In this document: positions 42,799 to 55,146 of the stretch, in pieces
Layout: the number at the start of each line of letters is the position of its first letter
Position numbering within the stretch: the first letter of the stretch is position 1
NCBI RefSeq assembly: GCF_009914755.1
Contig: NC_060936.1
DNA: 64,000 nt
Reading direction: 5' to 3' (one strand)
Source of the DNA: the human T2T-CHM13v2.0 reference genome, Homo sapiens
Made by a program: the position numbers and the translations under genes
Notes under the pieces: model-generated
Told to the model about the DNA's origin: nothing
The model's input: the letters and a program-made list of their open reading frames with translations, nothing else
Databases searched by the model: none

Positions 42799-44802
42799 GT
42801 GAGCTTTCCTGGAGGCATTGATAACATCTTCCCCCTCTTCCCTGCACTATGCCTAACCCCCACCCCATTAAATTCCCTTGATTTCACTGTGAGTGCCCCG
42901 GTGCAAAAAGATGTAAGACTGATGAAACCGGGCCTTTCATTTGCTCTCATTACCAAATTTACAGAGGAATAGAATCATTAAAGGTAGGGTGAGTGGATAA
43001 TTTTGTTAATATGAATGCATACATTTATACCCAGTAGGCAATGTGAATAAAATTCAAGGAATGTATTTAGATATTGAATGAGGTCTCCTGAAGACATTTT
43101 AATGATTTGGCTTAAGCTTCAGAACAACACTAGCTCCTTATGATGACTTAAGCATTTTGAAAGACCAAATTGAAATTATTCTATAGTTATGCTCAGAGCA
43201 ATATGTTAAATTTGTTCCATTTGTACTTCTATGAAAAAATAGCAGATGGATTGCTGGGAAATCCTAGTTGGCCTGGTTAAAAAAAAAAAAAAAATCAATT
43301 GTCAGCCATGAATCATTAGAGAAAATTATAGTGTCAGTGCCATTTTCAATAGACTGCTTAAAAAGTAATCATATTACAAAGTGTTTCTCATTGGCTTTAT
43401 ATATATATATAAACTTAAAGTAGAGGACATAGCAAGGCATTTCTTACCTAATATGCTTACTGTGAAGCATCCCTTTTGAGCAAAATCACTCTAAATTTTC
43501 TCCTCAAAGTGATCCTCTCTTGATTATACTGTACTGACTCTTACCACCAGGAAAATGTCTTAAAACCACTTCTTTTTCCTGATAAATGCAATGCTATTTG
43601 TCTCTTGACATAAGTAAAGCTTTAAACATGGTCTTGGCCACATGTGGAAAGAAATACTGGTCACGTAAAATACCTGATATATCTTTCTATGTCTTCCCCT
43701 GTTTTTTTTATTTTTTTTTTATTTTTATTTTTTAACTCTGATATTGATGATGGCATTTATTTTCTAGACCTTCAGCCTTACTCCCGGAATGATATTTTTA
43801 AACATCAATTAAAGCCCTTAGCTAGACACTCTCTGCATTACGCCAGTTTCCCCTTAATGTAGGATGTCCCAATTTGAAATTCCCCATTTTCTCTTGACTT
43901 TGTAAAATACAAAACCCAGAGCAAAACATTGCTTCTTTCCCTCTTTACTTCCTACTTGCCTAACAATGAGACAGGGACAGCCGTGCAAATGGGGCTTTCC
44001 GATGATAAAGTAATTTTAACACTAACTAAAATATTGGTGTTTCCTATGGTGGGCTGCTAATTACAAAATACATTTTTCCTCCTAAAGAAAAAAACTGGGC
44101 CAAGGCAAACAGCTCAGTGATAGCAAATAAAATGTAACCATTTCCCTATGGTTTTGCTGTTATATGCTATTATAGACAGCATACGTAAAGACCAGTAAGG
44201 GTTCATTTTTCCACCTAAAATGTCGGGCTTCCTGTAAAATCTTTGATTCTAGTTTCAGCACTTCTAAGGTAAATGGGCATCTTCACATGTCATTTATAAA
44301 ACTTCTAATGAATGAATTATATTAAAATAGATAAACAACCTATAGTTTTAATGAATGTATCCTAGATTGTATGCTCATATGTAAGGATTCTAAATATCAA
44401 CTTGATAACCAAACCAAACATAGTGCAAATAGGTTATCATTTATTAACCACAACCACCTTCCACAAAACTGGTCATTTTTTAATTATTAAGATAATCTGC
44501 AACAAGTTGGCCATTTAGCCATCAGCCTATTTCTTCAGCATTTAGACATTAATCCCAGATTCAGAAATAAAGTCAAGTAACTATTTATAACCAAGTAACA
44601 TTCAAATCAAAACTAGATGAAAGATTGGTTAGTTGCATAGCTATAACCAAAATGCAGTTTTAATATTTTACTCTAATCTATATTTTAACTGAAGTCAATA
44701 AAATTTTCACTATGGAAATACACTAGAAAATATGCAATTTCTTATTCTTTTTAAGCAGATTTATTTATTGTACATGTTCAGTCTTTGAAATAGGCCAATT
44801 TT

Positions 44803-45115
44803 ATTTATGTTATGTTATGTTATTTATTTGTTTTGAAATGGAGCCTCACTCTGTCGCTCAGGCTGGAGGGCAGTGGTGCCATCTCAGCTCATTGCGTCCT
44901 CTGCTACCCGAGTTCAAGCAATTCTCATGCCTCAGCCACCTGAGTAGCTGGGGTTATAGGAGCGGACCACCATGCTGGGCTAATTTTTGTATTTTTTGTA
45001 GAGATGACGTTTCACCATGTTGGCCAGGCTGGTCTCGAACTCCTGACTTCAAGCGATCTACCCTCCTTGGCCTCCCAAAGTGTGGGGATTACAGGTGTGA
45101 GCCGTGGCACCAGCC
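44803..45115 (-). mobile_element. AluSx/Sz-like
   Basis: Full antisense Alu with (TTATG)n-degenerated tail; perfect 17-bp TSD TGAAATAGGCCAATTTT. Confidence 0.92.
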
Positions 45116-47529
45116 TGAAATAGGCCAATTTTTAAAATGGGAGTATTCCTACATTAAAATGGCCAAATAAAGACTTTTTCTAAAATAAACTTTAAACTAA
45201 TTTTGGATAAATATGTTTTGCCTTTGAGCCTTAATAAAATGCATTAATGAATATTAAGCTGTAAAAAGTACATGTTAACTACATAGCTATAGTGTATAAT
45301 ATTAATATTAATTAGTGCCTTCCAGTAAATTACTAGATTAAAATAAATTTTAATATAAGACACTGAGCTTTTTGTTTTCTTGACAATAGAACTGCAAGCA
45401 ATAGCAAATTGCTCTAATCCTTTCACGTACATTTAAGAAAGTTTATGACCTATTGAAGAGAAAAGTAGATCTAGTGGGTGATACTGGCTTCATTATGGTT
45501 AATTAATTGATCAGTAGAATGTCAGAAATGCTAAGAAAACCAAAGAACTACACCAGAGAGAAAATGTGTTAATGTAAATTTTAAGGCAAGTTAATTAGCG
45601 ATATATAATAAAGATGTATATAAGTTCATGATTTACCTGTTTGTCTACAATTTTAGATGATTTTTTGATACTCATATTTAAATCGGTAGCTTTTCCTATA
45701 GATTTTAATTTTTGTTTAAATTCCTCTTCGTTAAATTAAATAAAATAATAAAATACACTTTTTAACAGTTTTCTCTTCTGCAGCTGCTCTAGGTCATTGG
45801 TGGCCATTGAGCCATAACTAGTCTATATTTGTTTTGGGTTTTGTTTCATGTGTCTGACTCAACTAAATTTTTAAATAATTTGTAGTAACCAACTTTGCAA
45901 ATTCTGGGTTTGTCTTTAAATGTCAGATCTGGCAACGCTGCCTTGACATTTCTGCCTAGAAACTATTGGCTCTAGGCAGTCAGTGTCTGTCTGCTTCAGA
46001 CTGTTGACTGAAATCCCCATTCGTTTTCATGCCCTATCTGGCCCTTGCTGGCATATGAGTTTGCAACCTTTGGTGATTTGCAGAAATTGTCTATGTTAGA
46101 AAATCATTAATATCTAGATTCAAACATATTTCTAAATAAAGCTTTAAATTATTATGGTAACTTTAAATGTATTTATTCTAATTTTTTTCATTAAATTGCT
46201 CTTCATCATATAAATATATAATTTTTATACAACTGGATGAGTTTGGCAGAAGAATACCAACTTTTCATATTCTTTGTGGCATTAAACTTTAACTTGTACA
46301 CATGGAAATAAATAATCCTTAAAATGACTTATGACCACATAAATGCCTTAGCACATGTGGTTCATATTTGGAGATTTCTCATATTTGTTCAATATAATTT
46401 ATTTTGTTTGTTTATCCACAGTACTTAAGAAAACTTCTATAGTCAACATATATACTGTAACTGGCCTCTACACAGTATAAGCAATTACCTTACATGGCTA
46501 TTACCGATAAAGTTAAAGTTGTATAAAGCCTTTGGATGCTTTTGATTTCAGTGCTAAATAATGGAGTACACATAGAAGAAAACATTTTAGCTTTGGTTTG
46601 AGTGATCAAATTTTAGGTCAGCCTTTTTACATTCATGTTATATCATCCCCATTATGCGTATCCTGTGTATTTAATTTTGATCATTTGATGTCCTAAAGGA
46701 AGAAAGCTATAATTCTGCAATTTTAATTAATTTTACACTTTGCTTATCCACATGCCAGAGATTATAAAAGAAATCCCTAAACTTGTCCCACTTAGTTGTT
46801 GATATCCTCTTCCTGTATTTTTAGAGAGGCCATTTCTTATTTTCTCTAGACATAGCTTTTCATTCCTTCTTGTTACCAATTGTGAATTCCTTAAAATAGA
46901 GATGATAAAATTTATAGCCTTTTAAATACCTAATTTATGATTTCTAAAAGATGGTATAGCTTAATTTCATTAAAATATTCAAATAAATGATACTAGAATC
47001 AATTAAGTTTTAAGCAAACATTCATATATCTTTCTTCACATGTGTAAATGGGAAATAAACATGCCTTTTTATTAAAAATAATTTGAAGACAAAAGATAAG
47101 TATTAAACAACGTTTTATACCATCTCTGTCAATTGGAAGTTGTCACTCTAACTTAGCCAGAGCAGATCTATCTCATTTTGCATGTGATATCATAGCAAAA
47201 GTCTAATCAGTTGCATAGGGAAGGAAAAACTAAGATAGTATTTAATCAATAGGATTCAGAGGAAAATTATGCTAATGTGATTTAATCTATTTTCTAGTAA
47301 TCCTATCACTAAACTGTCATTGAATTGTACTGCATTAGAAAGGAACTCAAATATGTGTGACGGCAATGGACATCTTGTCACCTTTAGTTGGCCTTTTTCA
47401 ATGAGTTAAGCATTATATGTGTGTTACCAAAAAATTATTTTTTATAGTTCAGAGAACCATTTTTGTTGGATGTGTAATTTGGAAGTTTTGTTTACATTAT
47501 GTCCTTAGGGGTTTTCTTTGTTTTAACAG

Positions 47530-47571
47530 CATGCAGCTTGACAGAAATACACTACCCAAAAAGGGACTAAG
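47530..47571 (+). CDS. NAV3: NAV3 42-nt exon (phase 2 to 2): (S)MQLDRNTLPKKGL(R)
   Basis: Acceptor tttgttttaacag|C and donor CTAAG|gtatat. The peptide is recognisable from the navigator family and the exon preserves frame. Confidence 0.9.
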
Positions 47572-47825
47572 GTATATATTCCTCTCAGCACAATTGCTAC
47601 CTCTCTGTTGTTATGTAAACTTTGTGTGCTGTCTCTCTTCCTTCTTTGTTTGTTTGCAATGTAGCACATGACATTGAGGACGAAATCACTTTTAATTTTG
47701 ATGGTTTCTCTGGCCCGAACAGTTGGTGAGATAGCCCCTTAGGTAGAGATACTAGTAGAGATTGAGGCTGTCTCTCAAATTAAATAAATTCCAATGTGAA
47801 TATCACTATTTTGAAGAAATAATAC

Positions 47826-47866
47826 TAAACAAACAAACAAACAAAACAAAAACAAACAAACAAAAA
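47826..47866. repeat. (AAAC)n/(AAAAC)n simple repeat
   Basis: Read directly from the sequence. Confidence 0.85.
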
Positions 47867-49072
47867 ACTTGTCCCAGGCATTACTTTTTTGGGGGCAGCA
47901 ACTTTGGTAGAATGCAGAACTCACTTCAACAAATTAAAATAAAATTAACTCTTCTAACTTTTGCCTATTAGAGTCATATGCATGCAAATATTCAAAACCC
48001 ATGCAGTCTACAGATGTGGGCAGTTAATGTTGATAGGTTGAAGGATGCTACAATCTGAATCAAAGAAAACATATTTTCATCATCACAGGACAAATGCTGT
48101 AATTAAGGTGTGATTTTTATAGAATCCTTTTGATAAAATCTCAAAATTGTTTTAATTTCTATTTTGCAGGGGTACTGCTATCAGATCAATTTAAATCTGA
48201 ATTAATCTAATATCATTTAATAATCTCAAAATAATTATTCCATCCATAATAAAAAATAAAATAAAAATTTAACTTATGGCCATCTTTTACTGTGTACTTT
48301 TATCTGAGGAAGAGATAGAATGATCTACTAATAGAGGTATAACACTGTATGTGTATGAAAAGTTGGCTAATTTTGGTGCTAAGAATTTACTTACAAAAAG
48401 AAAAAGAATATACTTAGTTTGGTGAAACACTGAATAATGGCGAAACTAGGTCTTTCTCCATTATTTTTTTTCTCTCCAATTTTTCAGCAATAGCAAATAG
48501 CTGGCAATTATTCCATGTTAATATTTTGATCCAGAAATTTATGTTCCAGTAAAGCGAGCACATCTCCCTCCTTATTTTTGTAATCTAGGCATGATGTCAA
48601 GTGGCAGTTTAACAAAAGAACTGTTTTTCCTTTAAAAAAAAAAAAAAAACAAAAGCTGCCAATATGTATTCCATTTCCCTATGCCTTCTGTGACCATCCT
48701 TCATTTCCCTTGGCCCTGGCCCACCACTGTCCTCCATTTGTAGTCCATGTTTTCACCCTCTTTACATCCTTTCTTGCCCTGTGCTTTTGAGTTCTCAATT
48801 AACTTGGCTGTCTGCTCATTGCTTATGATTTCCAACTGCATATCTGATAGAAGCATAATTTTCTCCTCAAAACCCTTTATCTTATTTTTTTTCCCTATGT
48901 GATTCAAACAGATGGCGTAAGATCATCTGGAAGAACTGAGCAATTATAATTAGATTCAATCTGTTTGAAATTGTTCATTCTGAATAGTAACCTCCTCTGA
49001 ATTGTTTTCCTGTCCTGGCATTGCCTTGCCCTTGTAGATGTGCTTAAGTGTCATAGCTGTGCTGTTTTGCAG

Positions 49073-49233
49073 ATATACCCCATCATCTCGGCAGGCCAAC
49101 CAAGAAGAGGGCAAAGAGTGGTTGCGTTCTCATTCTACTGGAGGGCTTCAGGACACTGGCAACCAGTCACCTCTGGTTTCCCCTTCTGCCATGTCATCTT
49201 CTGCAGCTGGAAAATACCACTTTTCTAACTTGG
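49073..49233 (+). CDS. NAV3: NAV3 internal coding exon (161 nt, phase 2 to 1): (R)YTPSSRQANQEEGKEWLRSHSTGG...KYHFSNL
   Basis: Acceptor ctgttttgcag|A and donor TTGG|gtaaaa. Matches ORF 49038..49247. Confidence 0.94.
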
Positions 49234-50049
49234 GTAAAATATTCTAAAATATTGATTTTGTTTTGTTTCTTTCACCACCCACTCTCACAGAAACCCTGGA
49301 ATCTCTCCATAACACAACACGTTTTCATTTAAAGGGAGGGATAAAAGCACTTTAACAGTACCTTTCATTTGTGTCATTGTTTACTCTTCACAGAAAAATC
49401 TCCAAACATTATGCTATTTATTGCTCATGACAAATGCTTAACATAGATTAATACTGTGGTTGTTTTCTAGTCTAGGCTCCAGAGGCTCAGAAAGTTCACT
49501 TGACTTGAAAAAGTCTTACCATTACTAAGGGTTCAAGGCAGTAACCAGTTCAGAACATCTGACTTTAATCCCAGGGGCCTTTCCATTCCATTTAAGAATC
49601 CTCTTAAAAAACAGGAAGGCATCTCCTTATTTATTTGTCTGAAATATTAAAACATCCTTAAAACAAAATTAGTAATCTTTTGTAGAAAATAGAAACAATT
49701 AGGAAGAAAAAAATATGTAATTCCATGACTCAAAGTTAACTTCTTTTAACACTGTTAAAGTTAAAACTCCTTAAAATTCATACAAGAATTTCTGTTAAGA
49801 CAATACTCTGAACATTTTCAAATAGATACAATGAAAAATAAATTACCAACTTAGTCATTGGGTTACTTTGTATTTAACATCATTTGTATGAAATATAAAA
49901 TCATTTGCATAAAATTTCATTAAAAGCACTCTGAGTAACAAAATAATTAAAGAAAACTAAACATGCCAGATACCATTTAATAGATTCAATGACTTTAAAA
50001 ATATATTTATTTTCTATAAAGTCACATATAAAGTATTTTCATTATTTTT

Positions 50050-51454
50050 ATGGTAAATATTTTTATTATTAGTTTATCAGAAAAACTTGTACATAAAGAT
50101 GAGTATTGATACATAATCTTATTAGAGCCAGAGACGATCATTCCTTCTAGAAAAACACATCTCTGAATTTAGGACGGAGGACAATGAAACAAGAAATTTC
50201 ACTTTATAATTTACCTTTGTCAAACTATCCCAGAGCACATCAATTCCATCATGAAAGTACTCTTTTGACATTATATAAAAAATTAGTAATAGAAAACACA
50301 CAATCCAAAACCTTATATTTTCTAAACTTCAAGTTAATCATCAACTTCTCTTAGATTTTTGAAGACCTGAAAATAAACATAATTTCAAATAACAGAACTC
50401 AAACACCATATACATTTGTAATGAGGCACAACAGTCAATTTTGAGCCTTGTATTTTCCAGGTTTTAGCTGAATAATCTTCACTGCTTTCTTAGCTTTTTG
50501 CCAGTCTAGTTTGGGGACTATTTTGCCTTACTGGGCCTAAACAGAGTGTAATATTAAAATATGTTAATAAGCCATACTGAGAATAAGATAAATGCAGGTT
50601 TCTAACTCCTTAGGGACACAAGTGGGGACAACACATTCCATGAACACAGGTGAATGAATGCCCCTAGTTTCTCTGAGTTGGACAATTTCATGCGATCATT
50701 TTTTTCTCTGAGGCCAAAGTCTCTGGTTTGATCTTCCTAGCAGCTTCCAGAACAGAAAGTGAGTTTACTTTGTCTCCATATTCTTTTTCTCCATGCTCGG
50801 GAATCCCCTGCTTTCCTGATCCCACCACAAAAACTCCCCTGAGGATGAAGCCTTGGCTTTCCAGGCTTCCAGGGAAGCCTCGATTCCTGGCTGGAGGTAG
50901 TTGTACCACACTCCCAGAGGGCTAAATCCCATAAACATCATCTTCTGTCTTTGTAGATCATAGAACTTTTTATTATCATCCAGGAAGATTTCTCTTTTGA
51001 AACAAGGCTGGAAAAACTTTATGTCAGTCCTGACCTGCTCTTTAATGACTGCGTAGAGGGAGATGCCCAGCTTATCCAACTTGGGTTGCAGAGAGGACAG
51101 ATCTGCAGCCCCTCTTGCCAGAGAAAACATCCTGGCACAGCCACAATCACAACTCCATTCTTCTCCCGATAGCTCCTTTGCTTTGAAACTCATTGGTTAC
51201 TTCTCCAGTGTTTTCAGGTCTATATTCTCCAGGTACTCCAGCACCTCTTTCCAGGGCTTGGACAAAAATACATCTGTGTTGGCCAGCATCAGTGCCAAGG
51301 CAGCAGCCTCCAAGGGCTCCTGCACCCATGGACCACATCCACACAGAGAAGCACCTTGGGTCCTCAAGTGCCTCCCTCTTCTTCCCTTCTCCCAAACCTG
51401 AAGCCCAGACACTAAGGGGTCAAACCCTCCTGGGCCCTGAGGGTTCCAAGGGCC
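50050..51454 (-). pseudogene. Processed pseudogene of PRXL2A (FAM213A/C10orf58, peroxiredoxin-like 2A); CDS-homologous part about 50696-51362
   Basis: Four minus-strand ORF fragments reconstruct the PRXL2A protein without introns (MWSMGAGALG / AAALALMLANTDVFLSKP..LKTLEK* / FKAKEL / AADLSSL..LYAVIKE..EIFLD..MMFMG / GFILRGVFVVGSGKQGI..TLASEKK). There are several frameshifts and an in-frame TAA at 51197-51199. Candidate AATAAA at 50062-50067 (minus strand) and candidate TSD tcatta(c)ttttt at 50039-50049 and 51455-51466. The outer limits are less certain than the CDS part. Confidence 0.9.
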
Positions 51455-54400
51455 TCATTACTTTTTCTTTTTTTCACTGGAAAAAAAATTCTAATCATGC
51501 ACCTACAGAAGATTGACATTTTTCAGTAAGTTGGACTTTCCAGCTTTCAGCCAGGACAAGACTCAAGGCTATGTCTTTTCTATTGCAACCCTTCCCACTA
51601 TATTGAGTAGGGCTTTTAGCAATTGAAAACAATTATTTTGGTCATGGTTTCATATAAGCTAATGATTTCATATCAAACACCAAGTTTTTGTTTCCTAACC
51701 TATATAGTGATAAGAGAATTTACCTATAATGCCAAAGAATGTATAGCTTTTATTTGCTTTAAGATGCAGTTGATTTTTTAAAAAAGCGAAAAGCCTAACA
51801 CTTTAACTTCAAAAAATGAATTTAAAATGTTTGTGTAGGTCATAGGAATATGAAAAAATTTTATACAACATCTAAAACACACCCAAATCACCTAAAGTGC
51901 TATAAGCTTGCTAAGTACTTCATGTCTCCTATCAATTCTTTCATTAATTGACGTTAATTTGATTAGTTGACTCCTTCTTCTATTTTTCCTCACCATTATT
52001 ATTCTGATTAAATCCACCTTCATTATTCCTTAGGAACAAAAAGACTCACCACTTAACTATGTCTGACATTGGTGAAGTCGTTTAAACTTAATTTTCTTAT
52101 CTCTTGAATGGATACATAATACCTAGGTTATATTGTAAAGAATGACGGATATAGTGTATGTAAAGATGGAGAAGTGTGTAAGACTTGACAGATTCTGCCA
52201 AATCATTATTTTCACTGGAAAGCATGTCTTACACGATCATAGAGTAGCATTCATCAGATATGCCTGAGCTTTGTCTACATTTAATTGAGTAGTAATTCGC
52301 AACACAGTAACCACAGGATTTTATGTAAAAGACATTCACAGATTGTGTTTTTGAAAGATTGTATTTTTGAAGTACAAAACTATGACATTGTTATCAAGGA
52401 CTCATTTACCACAAATATCAAATATTTGTGCAAAGATAAGTTTATGCTAAGATTTGCATAAATTAAAGTTAACATGGCAACTGAAGCTAACATGTCCATG
52501 GTCACAATGTGTTAAAAAATGAATGGTTCTGTAGCACACTTGGGAATGTATTTTATTACATAGTTTTCAGAGTTAAAACACAATTAATAAATGAAATGTG
52601 AATTATACTTTTACTGACAACAAAGCTCTCTGTAGAGCTTTAATGTTCTAATGAATTAGAAAACCACTGATCAAATACATCCCTTACATTTCATTGCTAT
52701 AGAAACCAAGTCTGAAAGGTTAAGTTTACCTTTCTAGGATGTGGGTTTCCCCCCTTAATCTATTGTGGTTTATATCAGAGATCTCTCAGCTGTGTCAGAC
52801 AGGCCATGACTTAAGTGACACTGCCCTCTTGATTCTCTTCATACTTTTCCAACTACAATTCTTTCTCCTGGGGTTGCTCATCTTAACATAGCTGTATCAT
52901 TTATTGTAGACACAAGGTCACTTTTGAGAGTGAATGGGACTATATTAATAATTGTTCCAGGTATTAGGTGCAAACCCTGGGCAATGCAATTCATCCTCCA
53001 TCTCCTCCTTATATTTATGTGTTTACCAAGTTGTTTTTCCTGTAGACTTTTTTTTATCCTAAACCCTTTTTCTATGTTCTCATTCACAACTTTAATTCTA
53101 ATCTCTCAAATCAACATTTCACTTTCTGTCTGAGACCTTTTTCAGCTCTAAAACTAAAATCCCATCAGTGTGCTAGACCATATAGCCACCTGAAATCAAA
53201 GTCTTTTCTTAAGTTCTTTTCTTCTATTTGTCTTATAATTTCATGTATCATCCTTCTCTCTACTCTAGCACAAAATCTGTGTAATCAATAGTCTTACTTG
53301 AAACTGTGCTCTTCATATTGTACATTTTCAATAGACAGGAACCTGTGATTTTATCTTCAGAATATCTCCTACATCTGTCTCTCATTTTCAGGGACATTGT
53401 CCTTGCTGAAGCTTTTTTAACTATAGACAATTGCAGCAGATTTTAAACTGATCTTACTCTGTCGACTCCCTTATGTTTCAACATTTTCACCCATTGGAAG
53501 GTATAAAAGAAGATATTCCTGTCCGTGTCAACATAATCTCATGTACCTCTCCAGATCTTAGAAACACGTATGGCTTCAAATCAGGCATTTGGAGATCTTT
53601 ATGCTGTATGGTTTCAGAGTGGAAAAAATGATTGATTCAAAAACATAATATTTAAAGAGTTTTTATTGTATTTACAGTTCACCTGAACCTCTGTTCATTG
53701 GGCAAGAAAATGAGTACTCTTAAAATGCAATAATAAATTAAAGTTACTTTATTATTAAATTTTAAATATATATATATATACTTACCTTAAATATGTCCTC
53801 TTGTTGTCTTTTAGCATCACCCATTTTTGATTTGACCATTATCTTTTCTGAATAATCAGTAAGATACAGGATTATTATTAATGTTCAAAAGTTGCAGTAT
53901 TCATGTTTTCTTTATTCTTTCTACCAATTAAAATGTGTTAATATATAAAATTTTTAGAAATTTTACTATAAAAAATCACAACATATATTAGAAAATTAAG
54001 ATCACTACAATATGTCATATTTAGTAGACTACTGTGAGCTACTGCCACAGTAAACTATGGTTCGTGTGTCGTTCCCAGCATGCTAGCCCTAGTAGAAACC
54101 ATTCCCATTCAAGAAAGACTAACAAAGTATAGCTTACATAAATCAAAAAGTCTTTGGATGAAACTTCATTTGGGAAAATAACCCAATCGCTACCCTTCAA
54201 TTTTTTATGAATGAAAAAATGGAAGAATAAAGGCCTCTAAGATCCATTCAAAGCCAGGAGACACACAAGAATTTCTAAATAGAAGAGAAACAGAAGAGGT
54301 CATAGTTCTTGTGAGCCATCTCATAACCTGGTGAGACTCATTGTCATGCCTCCATGCATGATAACAATCGCTCAGATTCATTTTTCATCTTGCCACAAGG

Positions 54401-54972
54401 GTTACATGCAGGAACATTAATGTCAACCTGTCACTTCTAATATCCATCTAATATTCTCTAAATTCGATGGATCCTTTTGCATATGGTGATTGTTAAACAC
54501 CTTTGCATAGGAACAGTTTCTATGCTTTTGTACTCAAATCTTCCTCTACCTTGAATCCTTTCCCATCTTCGTGTTCAACCTTCAATCTTCTCAGAATGAA
54601 CTCCTGTCTTCTATTCTTTCGGAAGCATAGAATCTCACGGTCAGAAGAGACCACATCTGGTTCAACCCTTCATCTCTTATGTAAAATTTTATGACATCTC
54701 TAGCTTCTTCTTTAAACCCACCAATGACAGAAACTACTAAAATCTAGAAATAACACCTTTGAAATTCTTTCTTTAAGAGATCAAATAAAATTTTCCTGAA
54801 TCTTCACCTATTGTTCCTAGTTATATATATCCAGATTCTACAAAATAAGTCAAAGTTAGATTGCATATGACAGCTCTTCATATTTAAAACAATATAATAA
54901 ACTCACTAGTTAATGTCTAGCTGTAGATGCAAAAGTAGAGAGTGACTTGGGGTTATTTAAAAACCCAGTCCA

Positions 54973-55146
54973 GCCAGACACATTGGATCATGCCTGTAAT
55001 ACCAGCAGCACTCAGGAGGCTGGGGCAAGAGGATCCCTTGTCCAGGAGTTACAGGCTACAGTGAGCTATGATCGTGGCACTGCATACTCCAGCCTGGAAG
55101 ACAGAGTGAGACCCTGTCTCACAATAATAGTATTTAATAATATCAT
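54973..55146 (+). mobile_element. Alu monomer (FAM/FRAM-like)
   Basis: Single Alu arm ending gtgagaccctgtctc; TSD AAAAACCCAGTCCA on both sides. Confidence 0.85.

Noticed and set aside
45945-45987. Small hairpin CTGCCTAGA-N10-TCTAGGCAG as a possible pre-miRNA or terminator
   Set aside because: The stem is too short for a pre-miRNA, and a 9-bp inverted repeat is expected by chance in 64 kb.
49038-49072. Upstream alternative acceptor (cttgtag at 49037) for the 161-nt exon
   Set aside because: It would add 35 nt and shift the frame, and there is no evidence it is used.
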